A DNA stretch of 58,926 bases from Bacteroidaceae bacterium (GTDB taxonomy: Bacteria; Bacteroidota; Bacteroidia; Bacteroidales; Paludibacteraceae): assembly GCA_963622445.1 (NCBI GenBank), contig CAVFHY010000002.1:1-58926 (forward strand), given 5' to 3'. Shown one piece after another: positions 36,121 through 44,853 of the stretch. The notes under the pieces are model-generated. The model did not search any database. It saw only the letters and a list, made by a program, of their open reading frames with translations, and was not told where the DNA came from. The number at the start of each line of letters is the position of its first letter. The stretch's first letter is position 1. Made by a program: the position numbers and the translations under genes.

Positions 36121-36154
36121 TTTGCGTATATAGAGAAAAAAGCGTACCTTTGCA
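36121..36154 (+). promoter_or_regulatory. ffh promoter: -33 TTTG, A-tract, -7 TACCTTTG
   Basis: TTTGCGTATATAGAGAAAAAAGCGTACCTTTGCA. There are 20 nt between TTTG and TAnnTTTG. 30 of 34 positions are identical to the tRNA-Gly promoter at 44232-44265. Confidence 0.65.
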
Positions 36155-36271
36155 GGATTTTAGGAATCCGGTAGAAGACCAAGAGCAGAACCGGGCAAAA
36201 AACAAGGGACAAAGCCGACAGAACAATGGACAAAAGCCCGACAAAGCGAATCATAAACTACACGAAAATAT

Positions 36272-37570
36272 ATGTTTGACAATCTATCCGAACGATTAGA
36301 ACGGTCTTTCAAGATACTGAAAGGCGAAGGACGCATTACCGAAATCAACATTGCCGAGACAGTAAAAGACATCCGTAAGGCACTGCTCGAAGCCGATGTA
36401 AACTACAAGACGGCGAAGCAGTTCACCGACCGCGTGAAAGAAAAAGCACTCGGGCAAAATGTGATTACCGCCGTGCGCCCCGGGCAGTTGATGGTGAAGA
36501 TTACCCACGACGAGTTGGCTGATCTGATGGGTGGCGAAACGCAGGAAATCAACCTGAAAGGTACGCCTGCCGTTATCCTGATGTCGGGTTTGCAGGGTTC
36601 GGGTAAGACGACCTTTGCATCGAAACTCGCCAACTACCTGCAGACCAAGAAAGGTAAGCGGGTCATGCTCGTGGCGTGCGATGTGTATCGTCCTGCCGCC
36701 ATTGAGCAGTTGCGGGTACTGGGCGAGCAGATCAATGCGAAAGTATATACCGAAGAGACAGAGCAGAACCCCGTAAAGAAAGCGCAGAATGCCATAGCGG
36801 AGGCACGCAAATACGGCTACGATGTAGTGATTGTCGATACTGCCGGACGATTGGCCGTAGATGAGCAGATGATGCAGGAAATAGCGGCTATCAAGCAGGC
36901 GATTCAGCCATCGGAAACGCTGTTCGTGGTAGATGCGATGACGGGTCAAGATGCCGTGAACACTGCCAAAGAGTTCAACGACCGAATCGACTTTGACGGT
37001 GTGGTACTGACCAAATTGGACGGCGATGCACGAGGCGGTGCGGCACTGTCGATCCGCTCGGTGGTGGACAAACCGATCAAGTTTATCGGCACGGGCGAGA
37101 AAATGGACGCACTCGATGTGTTCCACCCTGCGCGTATGGCGGACCGTATCCTCGGTATGGGCGATGTGGTCAGCCTTGTGGAGCGTGCGCAAGAGCAGTT
37201 TGACGAAGAGGAGGCACGGCGTATCAGCAAGCGTATTGCGAAGAATCAGTTCGACTTCAACGACTTTCTGACCCAACTGAACCAAATCAAGAAAATGGGT
37301 TCGATGAAAGATTTGATAGGTATGATTCCCGGTATGGACAAGGCGTTGAAAGGCGTGGAGGTGAGCGACGATGCGTTCAAGCCTATCGAGGCGATTATCG
37401 GCTCGATGACCCCCGCAGAGCGTGCCAACCCCAGCCTACTAAACGGCTCACGCAAAGAGCGTATTGCGCGCGGTTCGGGTACGAGCATTGTGGAGGTGAA
37501 CCGCTTCCTTAAGCAGTTCGACCAGACGAGCAAGATGATGAAGAAAATGCAACAGATGCGGAGAAAATAG
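36272..37570 (+). CDS. ffh: Signal recognition particle protein Ffh
   Basis: MFDNLSERLERSFKILKG..., GLQGSGKTT (G1), DTAGR, TKLDGDARGG, and a Met-rich M domain. Confidence 0.95.
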   Translation: MFDNLSERLERSFKILKGEGRITEINIAETVKDIRKALLEADVNYKTAKQFTDRVKEKALGQNVITAVRPGQLMVKITHDELADLMGGETQEINLKGTPAVILMSGLQGSGKTTFASKLANYLQTKKGKRVMLVACDVYRPAAIEQLRVLGEQINAKVYTEETEQNPVKKAQNAIAEARKYGYDVVIVDTAGRLAVDEQMMQEIAAIKQAIQPSETLFVVDAMTGQDAVNTAKEFNDRIDFDGVVLTKLDGDARGGAALSIRSVVDKPIKFIGTGEKMDALDVFHPARMADRILGMGDVVSLVERAQEQFDEEEARRISKRIAKNQFDFNDFLTQLNQIKKMGSMKDLIGMIPGMDKALKGVEVSDDAFKPIEAIIGSMTPAERANPSLLNGSRKERIARGSGTSIVEVNRFLKQFDQTSKMMKKMQQMRRK

Positions 37571-37573
37571 GGC

Positions 37574-38674
37574 ATGGATATATTAGACAAAATAGACGGA
37601 CTGGAGGCGAAGTTCCACGAGGTAAGCCTGCTCATAACCGACCCCGCTGTGATAGCCGACCAAGCACGCTATGTGCGGCTGAATCGGGAATACCACGACT
37701 TGGAGAGGGTGCTGTCGTCGGCGGAGAAATACAAGAAAGCACGCACCAATCTGGAGGAGGCAAAGAATCTGTTCCACAACGAGACCGACCCCGAACTTCG
37801 AGAAATGGCACGGGCGGAGATAGACGAATTAGAGCCACAGATACCTGCATTAGAGGAAGAGGTAAAACTCATGTTGTTGCCGCAGGATCCCGAGGACGGG
37901 AAGAATGTGGTAATGGAAATCCGTGGCGGCACGGGCGGCGACGAGGCGGCGTTGTTTGCGGGCGACCTTTTCCGCATGTACACCAAGTACTTCGAGATAC
38001 ACGGATTCAAATACACGGTGTCGTCGTTCTCGGAAGGTGCTGTAGGCGGATACAAAGAAATCATTTTCAATGTGACGGGACAGAATGTGTACGGCACGCT
38101 GAAATATGAATCGGGCGTGCACCGTGTGCAGCGTGTGCCTGCCACTGAGACACAAGGGCGGGTGCATACCTCGGCGGCGACGGTGGCAGTGCTGCCCGAA
38201 GCCGATGAGTTTGAGGTACATATCAACGAAGGCGAGATCAAGTGGGAGACCTTCCGTTCGGGTGGTGCCGGCGGACAGAATGTAAACAAGGTAGAGTCGG
38301 GTGTGCGCCTGCGTTACAACTGGAAGAACCCGAATACGGGCGAAGTACAGGAGATACTGATAGAATGTACCGAGACACGCGACCAGCCGAAGAACAAAGA
38401 GCGGGCATTGTCGCGCCTGCGCACACAGATATACGACAAAGAGCACCAGAAATACATCGACGACATTGCAGCACGCCGCAAGACCATGGTTTCCACAGGC
38501 GACCGCTCGGCAAAGATACGCACCTACAACTACCCGCAAGGGCGTATCACCGACCACCGTATCGGCTACACGGTGTATAACCTCGCTGCATTCATGGACG
38601 GGGATATACAGGGCGTGATAGATGCCCTGCAAGTAGCCGAAAACGCCGAACGGCTGAAGGAGAGCGAACTATAG
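37574..38674 (+). CDS. prfA: Peptide chain release factor 1
   Basis: PAT tripeptide (RVPATETQGRVHTS), which is RF1-specific. GGQ motif (GGAGGQNVNKVESGVRL). No internal frameshift site. Confidence 0.95.
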   Translation: MDILDKIDGLEAKFHEVSLLITDPAVIADQARYVRLNREYHDLERVLSSAEKYKKARTNLEEAKNLFHNETDPELREMARAEIDELEPQIPALEEEVKLMLLPQDPEDGKNVVMEIRGGTGGDEAALFAGDLFRMYTKYFEIHGFKYTVSSFSEGAVGGYKEIIFNVTGQNVYGTLKYESGVHRVQRVPATETQGRVHTSAATVAVLPEADEFEVHINEGEIKWETFRSGGAGGQNVNKVESGVRLRYNWKNPNTGEVQEILIECTETRDQPKNKERALSRLRTQIYDKEHQKYIDDIAARRKTMVSTGDRSAKIRTYNYPQGRITDHRIGYTVYNLAAFMDGDIQGVIDALQVAENAERLKESEL

Positions 38675-38716
38675 TTTTGAACAATTGTATTCATAGACCC
38701 TCCGTAGTAAGCGAAT

Positions 38717-39430
38717 ATGTATCTGTTTTATACACCGAACATAGAGACCAGTAAGTGCCTTTCGGAAGAGGAATCGGGGCATTGCGTGCGTGTGTTGCGC
38801 TATACGCGGGGCGATAGCATTCTGTTGACCGACGGACGAGGCACTACTTACGAAGCACGCATTACCAACCCGCACCCCAAGCACTGCGAGTTTGAGGTAG
38901 TAAGCCAAGAGCGGCAACAGCCCTCGCACCCTTTTCATCTCCATATAGCCATTGCGCCGACCAAGAACATAGAGCGGCTCGAGTGGATGATAGAGAAATG
39001 CACCGAGATAGGTATTGACGAGATTACCCCCCTACTCTGCCGTTTCTCCGAGCGAAAGCAACTACGCACCGACCGCCTCGAGAAGATTATCCTTTCGGCA
39101 GCCAAGCAATCGCTCACACCATACTTGCCCGTATTGCACGAACTGACCGATTATCAAGATTTTATGCGTGAATACGCTGCGACACGACACACCGGAACGG
39201 ATAAGTTCATCGCCCATTGCTACAAGGAGGACAAGCGGTTGCTCAAAGACCTGATTGTGCGGGGACACGATGTATTGGTACTGATTGGTCCGGAGGGAGA
39301 TTTCTCCGAGCAGGAAATACGGCAAGCCCTTGCCGAGGGGTTCCGACCTGTAAGTCTCGGGAACTCACGGTTGCGCACAGAGACGGCAGGCGTGGTTGCC
39401 TGCCATACAGCGATACTGCTCAACGAGTAA
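38717..39430 (+). CDS. rsmE: 16S rRNA (uracil1498-N3)-methyltransferase RsmE
   Basis: MYLFYTP... N-terminal PUA-like region. SPOUT C-terminus with VLIGPEGDFSEQEI and ...LGNSRLRTETA. Confidence 0.85.
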   Translation: MYLFYTPNIETSKCLSEEESGHCVRVLRYTRGDSILLTDGRGTTYEARITNPHPKHCEFEVVSQERQQPSHPFHLHIAIAPTKNIERLEWMIEKCTEIGIDEITPLLCRFSERKQLRTDRLEKIILSAAKQSLTPYLPVLHELTDYQDFMREYAATRHTGTDKFIAHCYKEDKRLLKDLIVRGHDVLVLIGPEGDFSEQEIRQALAEGFRPVSLGNSRLRTETAGVVACHTAILLNE

Positions 39431-39537
39431 AGCGAGGCTTTTTTACGCTGAACAAATTACAAGAAATATCCATTCAAATACCGCCTGATAGGCACCACAT
39501 AAGACATAAGACATAACACATAACGCATTGATACTCT

Positions 39538-40092
39538 ATGACTGAGAAAGAGAAAATGTTGGCAGGGTTGGATTACGATGCCAACGATAAAGAACTGCTT
39601 GCAGAGGTGTTTCACTGCAAAGACCTCTGCCAACAATACAATAACCTTCCTGCGTCCGACATTGCTGCACAACGAGCGATGTTGAAAGATATGCTCGGCA
39701 CTTGCGACGACGACACCTATATCAACCCGCCTTTCTACTGCGACTACGGCAAACAGATACATGTCGGGAAACGCTTCTTTGCGAACTTCCATTTCACAGT
39801 ACTCGATGAAGCCCCCGTCACTATCGGCGATGATGTGTTTATCGGACCCAATGTGTCGCTCTACACTGCCTGCCACAGTACCCTACCTGAAGAGCGCAAC
39901 ACCCGCCACGAATGGGCAAAGCCTATCACCATCGGCAACAACTGTTGGTTAGGCGGTTCCGTAACAGTGGTACCCGGTGTAACCATAGGCGACAACTGCA
40001 CGATAGGCGCAGGTTCGGTTGTGACGCACGACATACCAGCGAACAGCATTGCAGTAGGCAATCCTTGCCGTGTCATCAAACATATTGACTGA
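39538..40092 (+). CDS. Maltose/galactoside O-acetyltransferase-like hexapeptide-repeat protein
   Basis: N-terminal Mac domain (EKEKMLAGLDYDANDKELL). Left-handed beta-helix repeats (IGDDVFIGPNV, IGNNCWLGGSVTV, IGDNCTIGAGSVV). Confidence 0.85.
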   Translation: MTEKEKMLAGLDYDANDKELLAEVFHCKDLCQQYNNLPASDIAAQRAMLKDMLGTCDDDTYINPPFYCDYGKQIHVGKRFFANFHFTVLDEAPVTIGDDVFIGPNVSLYTACHSTLPEERNTRHEWAKPITIGNNCWLGGSVTVVPGVTIGDNCTIGAGSVVTHDIPANSIAVGNPCRVIKHID

Positions 40093-40110
40093 TCTTCTAT
40101 TCTCCGCACC

Positions 40111-40620
40111 ATGAAGACTACCAAAGAGAAAATGCTCGCCGGTGAAGACTATTTTGCCAACGACCCGTCTTTGTTGGTCGAAGTCTTTCGGTGCAAAACG
40201 CTCTGCCAAGCGTATAACACCCTGCCCGCAACAGACGCGGCAGGGCATTTGGCGTTGCTTGAGCAGATACTCGGCACTTGCCACTCAGATACCCAAATAA
40301 CGCCGCCTTTCCACTGCGACTACGGGGCGCAGATACATGTAGGGCGTGGTTTTCGGGCAGGAACGAACCTCACTATCTTGGACGAAGGGGAGGTGCGCAT
40401 AGGCGATAATGTGACGCTGGGGGCGAATGTATCGCTCTACACTGCCTGCCACAGCACGATACCCGCCGAACGCAATACATTCCATGTCTGGACACGCCCG
40501 ATAACGATAGGCGATCGCTGTATCATAGGCGGTTCTGTTACAATACTGCCGGGAGCAGTTATCCCCGACGACACCATCATCCCCGCAGGCAGCGTGATCG
40601 TACCAGAACACAACGCATAA
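40111..40620 (+). CDS. Second, tandem paralogous hexapeptide-repeat O-acetyltransferase
   Basis: TKEKMLAGEDYFANDPSLL, IGDNVTLGANV, IGDRCIIGGSVTI. Collinear with the upstream paralogue and 18 nt downstream of it. Confidence 0.85.
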   Translation: MKTTKEKMLAGEDYFANDPSLLVEVFRCKTLCQAYNTLPATDAAGHLALLEQILGTCHSDTQITPPFHCDYGAQIHVGRGFRAGTNLTILDEGEVRIGDNVTLGANVSLYTACHSTIPAERNTFHVWTRPITIGDRCIIGGSVTILPGAVIPDDTIIPAGSVIVPEHNA

Positions 40621-40705
40621 TTCACAATGCACAATGGTGGCGTGTCGCCACTGATGCCCCGGCAATGCATAGAACACCCTAATAACAGTACAAAAACATA
40701 CAACA

Positions 40706-41917
40706 ATGAATATCACAGACCGCTTTTTGAAGTATGTCGGTTTCTGCACCACATCGGATGAAGAAACCAACATGACCCCCTCCACTCCAGGGCAGATGGA
40801 GTTTGCCGAGTACCTACAATCCGAACTCAAGCAGATAGGCTTGCAGGAGGTAACACTCGACCAAAACGGCTATATTATGGCAACTCTCCCAGCCACTGCC
40901 GAAGGTAAACCGACTATCGGCTTTATCGCCCACATGGATACATCGCCCGATGCAAGCGGCAAGCATGTACAGCCTCGTATTGTCAAGAACTACGACGGAC
41001 AGGACATCGTGCTCAACGAAGCAGAGAATATCGTGCTTGAGACAGCCAAATACCCAGAGATACTGCGCTATACAGGGCAAGACATCATTGTCACGAACGG
41101 CAAGACACTGCTTGGTGCAGACGACAAAGCCGGCATTGCCGAGATAGTATCCGCTTGTGAATATCTGATACAACACCCCGAAATCAAACACGGCAAGATA
41201 CGCATCGGCTTTACCCCTGATGAGGAAATCGGGCAAGGTGCAGACCACTTCGATGTACAGAAGTTCGGATGCGACTTTGCTTATACCATGGACGGTGGTG
41301 CAGTAGGCGAGTTGGAGTTTGAGAACTTCAATGCCGCTTCGTGCAAAATACATATTCACGGTGTCAATGTACACCCGGGCTATGGATACCACAAGATGCA
41401 GAACTCCATGCGAATTGCATTCCAGTTGGCAGTGATGTTACCGCGTTGGGAAACTCCGGAACATACCGAAGGATACGAGGGCTTTTACCATCTCGTAGGT
41501 ATGAACGGCAGCGTAGAGGAAACAACGCTGAGTTATATCATCCGCGACCATGACCGTGCGCGATTTGAGAGCCGAAAGCGGGAAATGGAGCATCTTGTGC
41601 GCAAGGTCAATCGTGAATACGGCGAGGGCACGGCAGAGATAGAAATACGCGACCAATACTATAACATGCGCGAAAAAGTAGAGCCCGTAATGCATATCGT
41701 CACGCTGGTAGAAGAGGCAATGACCGAAGTGGGCGTAACCCCAAAGGTACAACCTATTCGTGGTGGTACGGACGGCGCACGCTTGTCTTTCGAAGGACTA
41801 CCCTGCCCGAATATCTTTGCAGGCGGAGAGAACTTCCACAGCCGCTTTGAGTACTTGCCTATACCCTCTATGGAGAAGGCTATGCAAGTCATCCTCAAAA
41901 TAGTCGAAAAAGCATAA
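40706..41917 (+). CDS. pepT: Peptidase T (tripeptide aminopeptidase, M20B)
   Basis: [51 protein letters not shown]. Confidence 0.9.
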   Translation: MNITDRFLKYVGFCTTSDEETNMTPSTPGQMEFAEYLQSELKQIGLQEVTLDQNGYIMATLPATAEGKPTIGFIAHMDTSPDASGKHVQPRIVKNYDGQDIVLNEAENIVLETAKYPEILRYTGQDIIVTNGKTLLGADDKAGIAEIVSACEYLIQHPEIKHGKIRIGFTPDEEIGQGADHFDVQKFGCDFAYTMDGGAVGELEFENFNAASCKIHIHGVNVHPGYGYHKMQNSMRIAFQLAVMLPRWETPEHTEGYEGFYHLVGMNGSVEETTLSYIIRDHDRARFESRKREMEHLVRKVNREYGEGTAEIEIRDQYYNMREKVEPVMHIVTLVEEAMTEVGVTPKVQPIRGGTDGARLSFEGLPCPNIFAGGENFHSRFEYLPIPSMEKAMQVILKIVEKA

Positions 41918-41922
41918 AGACT

Positions 41923-42600
41923 ATGGAGAGCAAAGAAACCAAAGGAGGCTATGTCTATATTCTAACCAATCCAAGTTTTCGTGAGGATTGGGTCAAGATT
42001 GGCAAGACATCTCGTAGTGTTGAAGAGCGTGTAAATGATTTGGACAACACTGCTGTACCATTACCCTTTCAAATATATGCAACCATTCAGACTACCAAAT
42101 ACAATGAGGTAGAGAAAATGGTACATAAGATGATGGATAAACTGAACGAACATTTGCGTGTACGCAAAAACAGGGAGTTCTTCAATGTTACACCCGAAAA
42201 AGCATTGAGTATATTTTACGACATCAAGGAAATAGTAGACGATGCTGTAATCACGGTGTACAAAGACAACAAGCCTTTTACCCCGCAAGAAATGGATTCT
42301 TCGGAAACCGAAAAAGGCGTGTCTGTCAATACACCCAAGCGTGGGCGTTTTAAGTTCAGTATGATAGGCATATCCATTGGTGAGATGATTACCTTTGTGC
42401 CTACGGGCATACAAGTATGCGTAGCCAGCGACGACACCGTGGAGTACGAAGGGCGTATATACAAACTCTCACCTTTTGTGGGTACCTTTATGCCCGAAGA
42501 GAAACGCAACCATTCGGGAGCCTATCAAGGAGCAAAGTTCTTCTCCTACAAAGGCAAGATACTCGATGACCTTCGTACTAAGATAGAAGCAGAAATATAA
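41923..42600 (+). CDS. T5orf172 / GIY-YIG-superfamily domain protein with an uncharacterised C-terminal domain
   Basis: GYVYILTNPSFREDWVKIGKTSRSVEERVNDLDNTAVPLPFQIYA...REFFNV. Visibly more AT-rich than its flanks. Starts 5 nt after the pepT stop. Confidence 0.7.
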   Translation: MESKETKGGYVYILTNPSFREDWVKIGKTSRSVEERVNDLDNTAVPLPFQIYATIQTTKYNEVEKMVHKMMDKLNEHLRVRKNREFFNVTPEKALSIFYDIKEIVDDAVITVYKDNKPFTPQEMDSSETEKGVSVNTPKRGRFKFSMIGISIGEMITFVPTGIQVCVASDDTVEYEGRIYKLSPFVGTFMPEEKRNHSGAYQGAKFFSYKGKILDDLRTKIEAEI

Positions 42601-42661
42601 TCAATACCATAATCAACCTGCAATGTAATTACACATTACACACTAAAAACACATATTTAAC

Positions 42662-43729
42662 ATGAAAGAGACTCCTTTTACTGCGACCCATATTGCGTTG
42701 GGCGCAAAGATGGCAGAATTTGCGGGATTTAATATGCCCATTCAGTACCCGACAGGCATCAACCAAGAGCACCTTATTGTCCGCAATGGCGTGGGTGTAT
42801 TCGATGTGAGCCACATGGGTGAGTTCTGGGTTAAGGGCGAGAAGGCACTTGATTTTCTGCAGTATATCACCACCAACGATGTCAGCAAACTCGATGCAGG
42901 TAAGGCGCAGTACACCTGTATGCCGAACGGCAAGGGCGGTATTGTGGATGACCTGATTATCTACAAATACAGCACCACCAAATACCTGATGGTAGTCAAT
43001 GCAGGCAATATCGACAAGGACTGGGCGTGGGTAAACCAACAGAACACTTTCGGGGTATCGCTCGAGAATGCCAGCGACCGCTACGGACAGTTGGCAGTGC
43101 AAGGTCCCAAGGCAACCGAACTGCTGCAACTACTCACGGATGCTGACCTGAGTGCCATTCCGTACTATGCATTCCGTGAGTGGTCTTTTGCGGGCGTGCA
43201 AGGCGTTATCTTGAGCAATACGGGTTATACGGGAGCAGGCGGCTTTGAGCTCTACTTCCCCAAGGAGTACGCCAAGCAGATTTGGGACGCTATCTTCGAG
43301 GTTGGTAAGGCATTTGGTGTAGCACCTATTGGATTAGGTGCACGCGATAGTCTGCGTCTGGAGAAATGGTATTGCCTCTACGGGCACGACATCGACGACA
43401 CGACTTCGCCGCTCGAAGCAGGGCTGGGCTGGATAACCAAATTCGATGCAAAAGACTTCATAGATAAAGAGTTCCTGCTCAAGCAGAAGGCCGAAGGAGT
43501 GAAGCGTAAACTGGTTCATTTCGAGTGCCAAGAGCGTGCCATACCGCGCAACGGTTACGAGATTTGTGACGCTGAGGGCAATACGATAGGCAATGTGACG
43601 AGCGGTATCATGCTGCCGACAACCAAAGTGGGTATCGGCATGGGATATGTCAAGACGGAGTATGCCAAGAAAGAGACTCTCATTTACATCAAGATTCGCG
43701 AGAAACTCATCCCCGCAAAAATAGTGTAA
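42662..43729 (+). CDS. gcvT: Glycine cleavage system aminomethyltransferase GcvT
   Basis: [59 protein letters not shown]. Confidence 0.95.
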   Translation: MKETPFTATHIALGAKMAEFAGFNMPIQYPTGINQEHLIVRNGVGVFDVSHMGEFWVKGEKALDFLQYITTNDVSKLDAGKAQYTCMPNGKGGIVDDLIIYKYSTTKYLMVVNAGNIDKDWAWVNQQNTFGVSLENASDRYGQLAVQGPKATELLQLLTDADLSAIPYYAFREWSFAGVQGVILSNTGYTGAGGFELYFPKEYAKQIWDAIFEVGKAFGVAPIGLGARDSLRLEKWYCLYGHDIDDTTSPLEAGLGWITKFDAKDFIDKEFLLKQKAEGVKRKLVHFECQERAIPRNGYEICDAEGNTIGNVTSGIMLPTTKVGIGMGYVKTEYAKKETLIYIKIREKLIPAKIV

Positions 43730-43848
43730 TAAACCGCTCGGCTTACGGCTCGTACGAAAATAGACCACCGACTACAGGCAAAGAGCATGGCGCGAGTAGC
43801 ATTATCTGCGAAGTATTGGGTTGTTGGGATAATACTAAAAACTCCTAC

Positions 43849-43887
43849 GAAAAGCACTGCTGCATACCGTATGCGGTAGTGCTTTTC
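43849..43887 (+). terminator. Hairpin downstream of gcvT
   Basis: GAAAAGCACT...AGTGCTTTTC outer 10-bp stem with an inner GCATA-CCG-TATGC hairpin. Confidence 0.5.
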
Positions 43888-44005
43888 ATTTCCCCTCTAT
43901 TTTGTTATCATTGATTAGAAACTCCCGGCAAAGAAGGAGCAACGGAACGGAGTAATGAAAGGATAGCAACAGGGTAAGAACAGGGAAGAAAAAGGTTCGC
44001 CGGTC

Positions 44006-44049
44006 TGTCGAACGAGCGTCGAACCACCGTCGAACCACCGTCGAATCAC
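44006..44049. repeat. 11-bp tandem array, 3 good copies plus 1 degenerate copy (CGTCGAACCAC)
   Basis: Units at 44006 (tgtcgaacgag), 44017, 44028 and 44039 (cgtcgaatcac). Intergenic. Confidence 0.9.
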
Positions 44050-44231
44050 CTCCGAGGGAAAAAAGCCCCCCATCCGAGCCTCAAAAGCACCACCTGAACA
44101 CGACCCAAAAGTCCCAATTCCACCCCAAACTACCCGCTGGTACCACAACATAAATTAACCTACTCAATATCGAATATTCCCCCACCGCCAAGGGACGGTT
44201 TGCAGAAAAACGCAGGGAAAAACGGGCAAGA

Positions 44232-44265
44232 TTTGCGTATATCAAAAAAAAAGCCTACCTTTGCA
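44232..44265 (+). promoter_or_regulatory. tRNA-Gly promoter: -33 TTTG, A-tract, -7 TACCTTTG
   Basis: TTTGCGTATATCAAAAAAAAAGCCTACCTTTGCA. The -7 box at 44256-44263 lies ~44 nt upstream of the tRNA. Confidence 0.65.
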
Positions 44266-44306
44266 ACCGATTTACGGAAAGACCGTAGTTGACAGACATC
44301 ATCGCT

Positions 44307-44377
44307 GCGGCATTAGCACATCGGTAGTGCATCAGCTTCCCAAGCTGAGGAGGAGGGTTCGACTCCCTTATGCCGCT
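44307..44377 (+). tRNA. tRNA-Gly (anticodon CCC)
   Basis: Hand-folded cloverleaf. Acceptor GCGGCAT/ATGCCGC, D-stem GCAC/GTGC, anticodon stem TCAGC/GCTGA with loop TTCCCAA, T-arm GAGGG-TTCGACT-CCCTT, discriminator T. CCA is not encoded. Confidence 0.9.
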
Positions 44378-44382
44378 CAAAG

Positions 44383-44404
44383 ACAGCCCGGTAAGGGCTG
44401 TTTT
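44383..44404 (+). terminator. Terminator hairpin after tRNA-Gly
   Basis: CAGCCC-GGTAA-GGGCTG followed by TTTT. Confidence 0.7.
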
Positions 44405-44426
44405 CGAATGGATATATTGAGAATAT

Positions 44427-44742
44427 AGCAGACCGGCTCATCGCGGAGCAGTGGCAGACAAACGCTGGGTTTGTATCCCCTGCGACGAGGAAAGTCCGGG
44501 CAGCACAGAGCACCACAGCGGCTAACGACCGTCAGGCAGCAATGTTTGGTCCCCGCTACAGAGACGAGAGAATGTGAAACGAGCATACTGTGGGCTGCAA
44601 TTCCATGTAAACCGATGTTTGAGCGTTGCTCGCGCGAGTCGGAGGGTAGGAAGCGGGAGAAGCGTATGGTAACATTTCGCTCGAGATTAATGATGAGCAC
44701 CGTCCTGTCGGGGCGGCACAGAACCCGGCTTACAGGTCTGCT
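44427..44742 (+). ncRNA. rnpB: RNase P RNA (bacterial type A)
   Basis: Universal GAGGAAAGTCCGGGC (44487-44501) and ACAGAACCCGGCTTA (44718-44732). P1-like pairing of AGCAGACC (5') with GGTCTGCT (3'). Further flanking complementarity (TATTGAGA / TCTCAATA) may extend the ends by ~15 nt on each side. Confidence 0.85.
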
Positions 44743-44853
44743 ACTCTCTCAATATACAGTTCGTTGCCCGTTACACACTAAAAATCAACCATCCGGTTCT
44801 CTGATTGTCAGCGGGGTCAGCCGGAGCAGAACCACCTTGTCTTTCTACCGCTT

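Noticed and set aside
36296-38632. Long minus-strand ORFs (329, 206 and 260 aa) antisense to ffh and prfA
   Set aside because: ffh and prfA are unambiguous on the plus strand (GTPase boxes; PAT and GGQ motifs). The antisense frames are shadow ORFs.
37574-38674. Programmed +1 frameshift as in prfB
   Set aside because: The protein carries PAT (RF1), not SPF, and is a single uninterrupted frame, so this is prfA.
42601-42661. Possible glycine riboswitch upstream of gcvT
   Set aside because: Only 61 nt separate the upstream stop from the gcvT start. That is far too short for a glycine aptamer, and none of the conserved aptamer core is visible.
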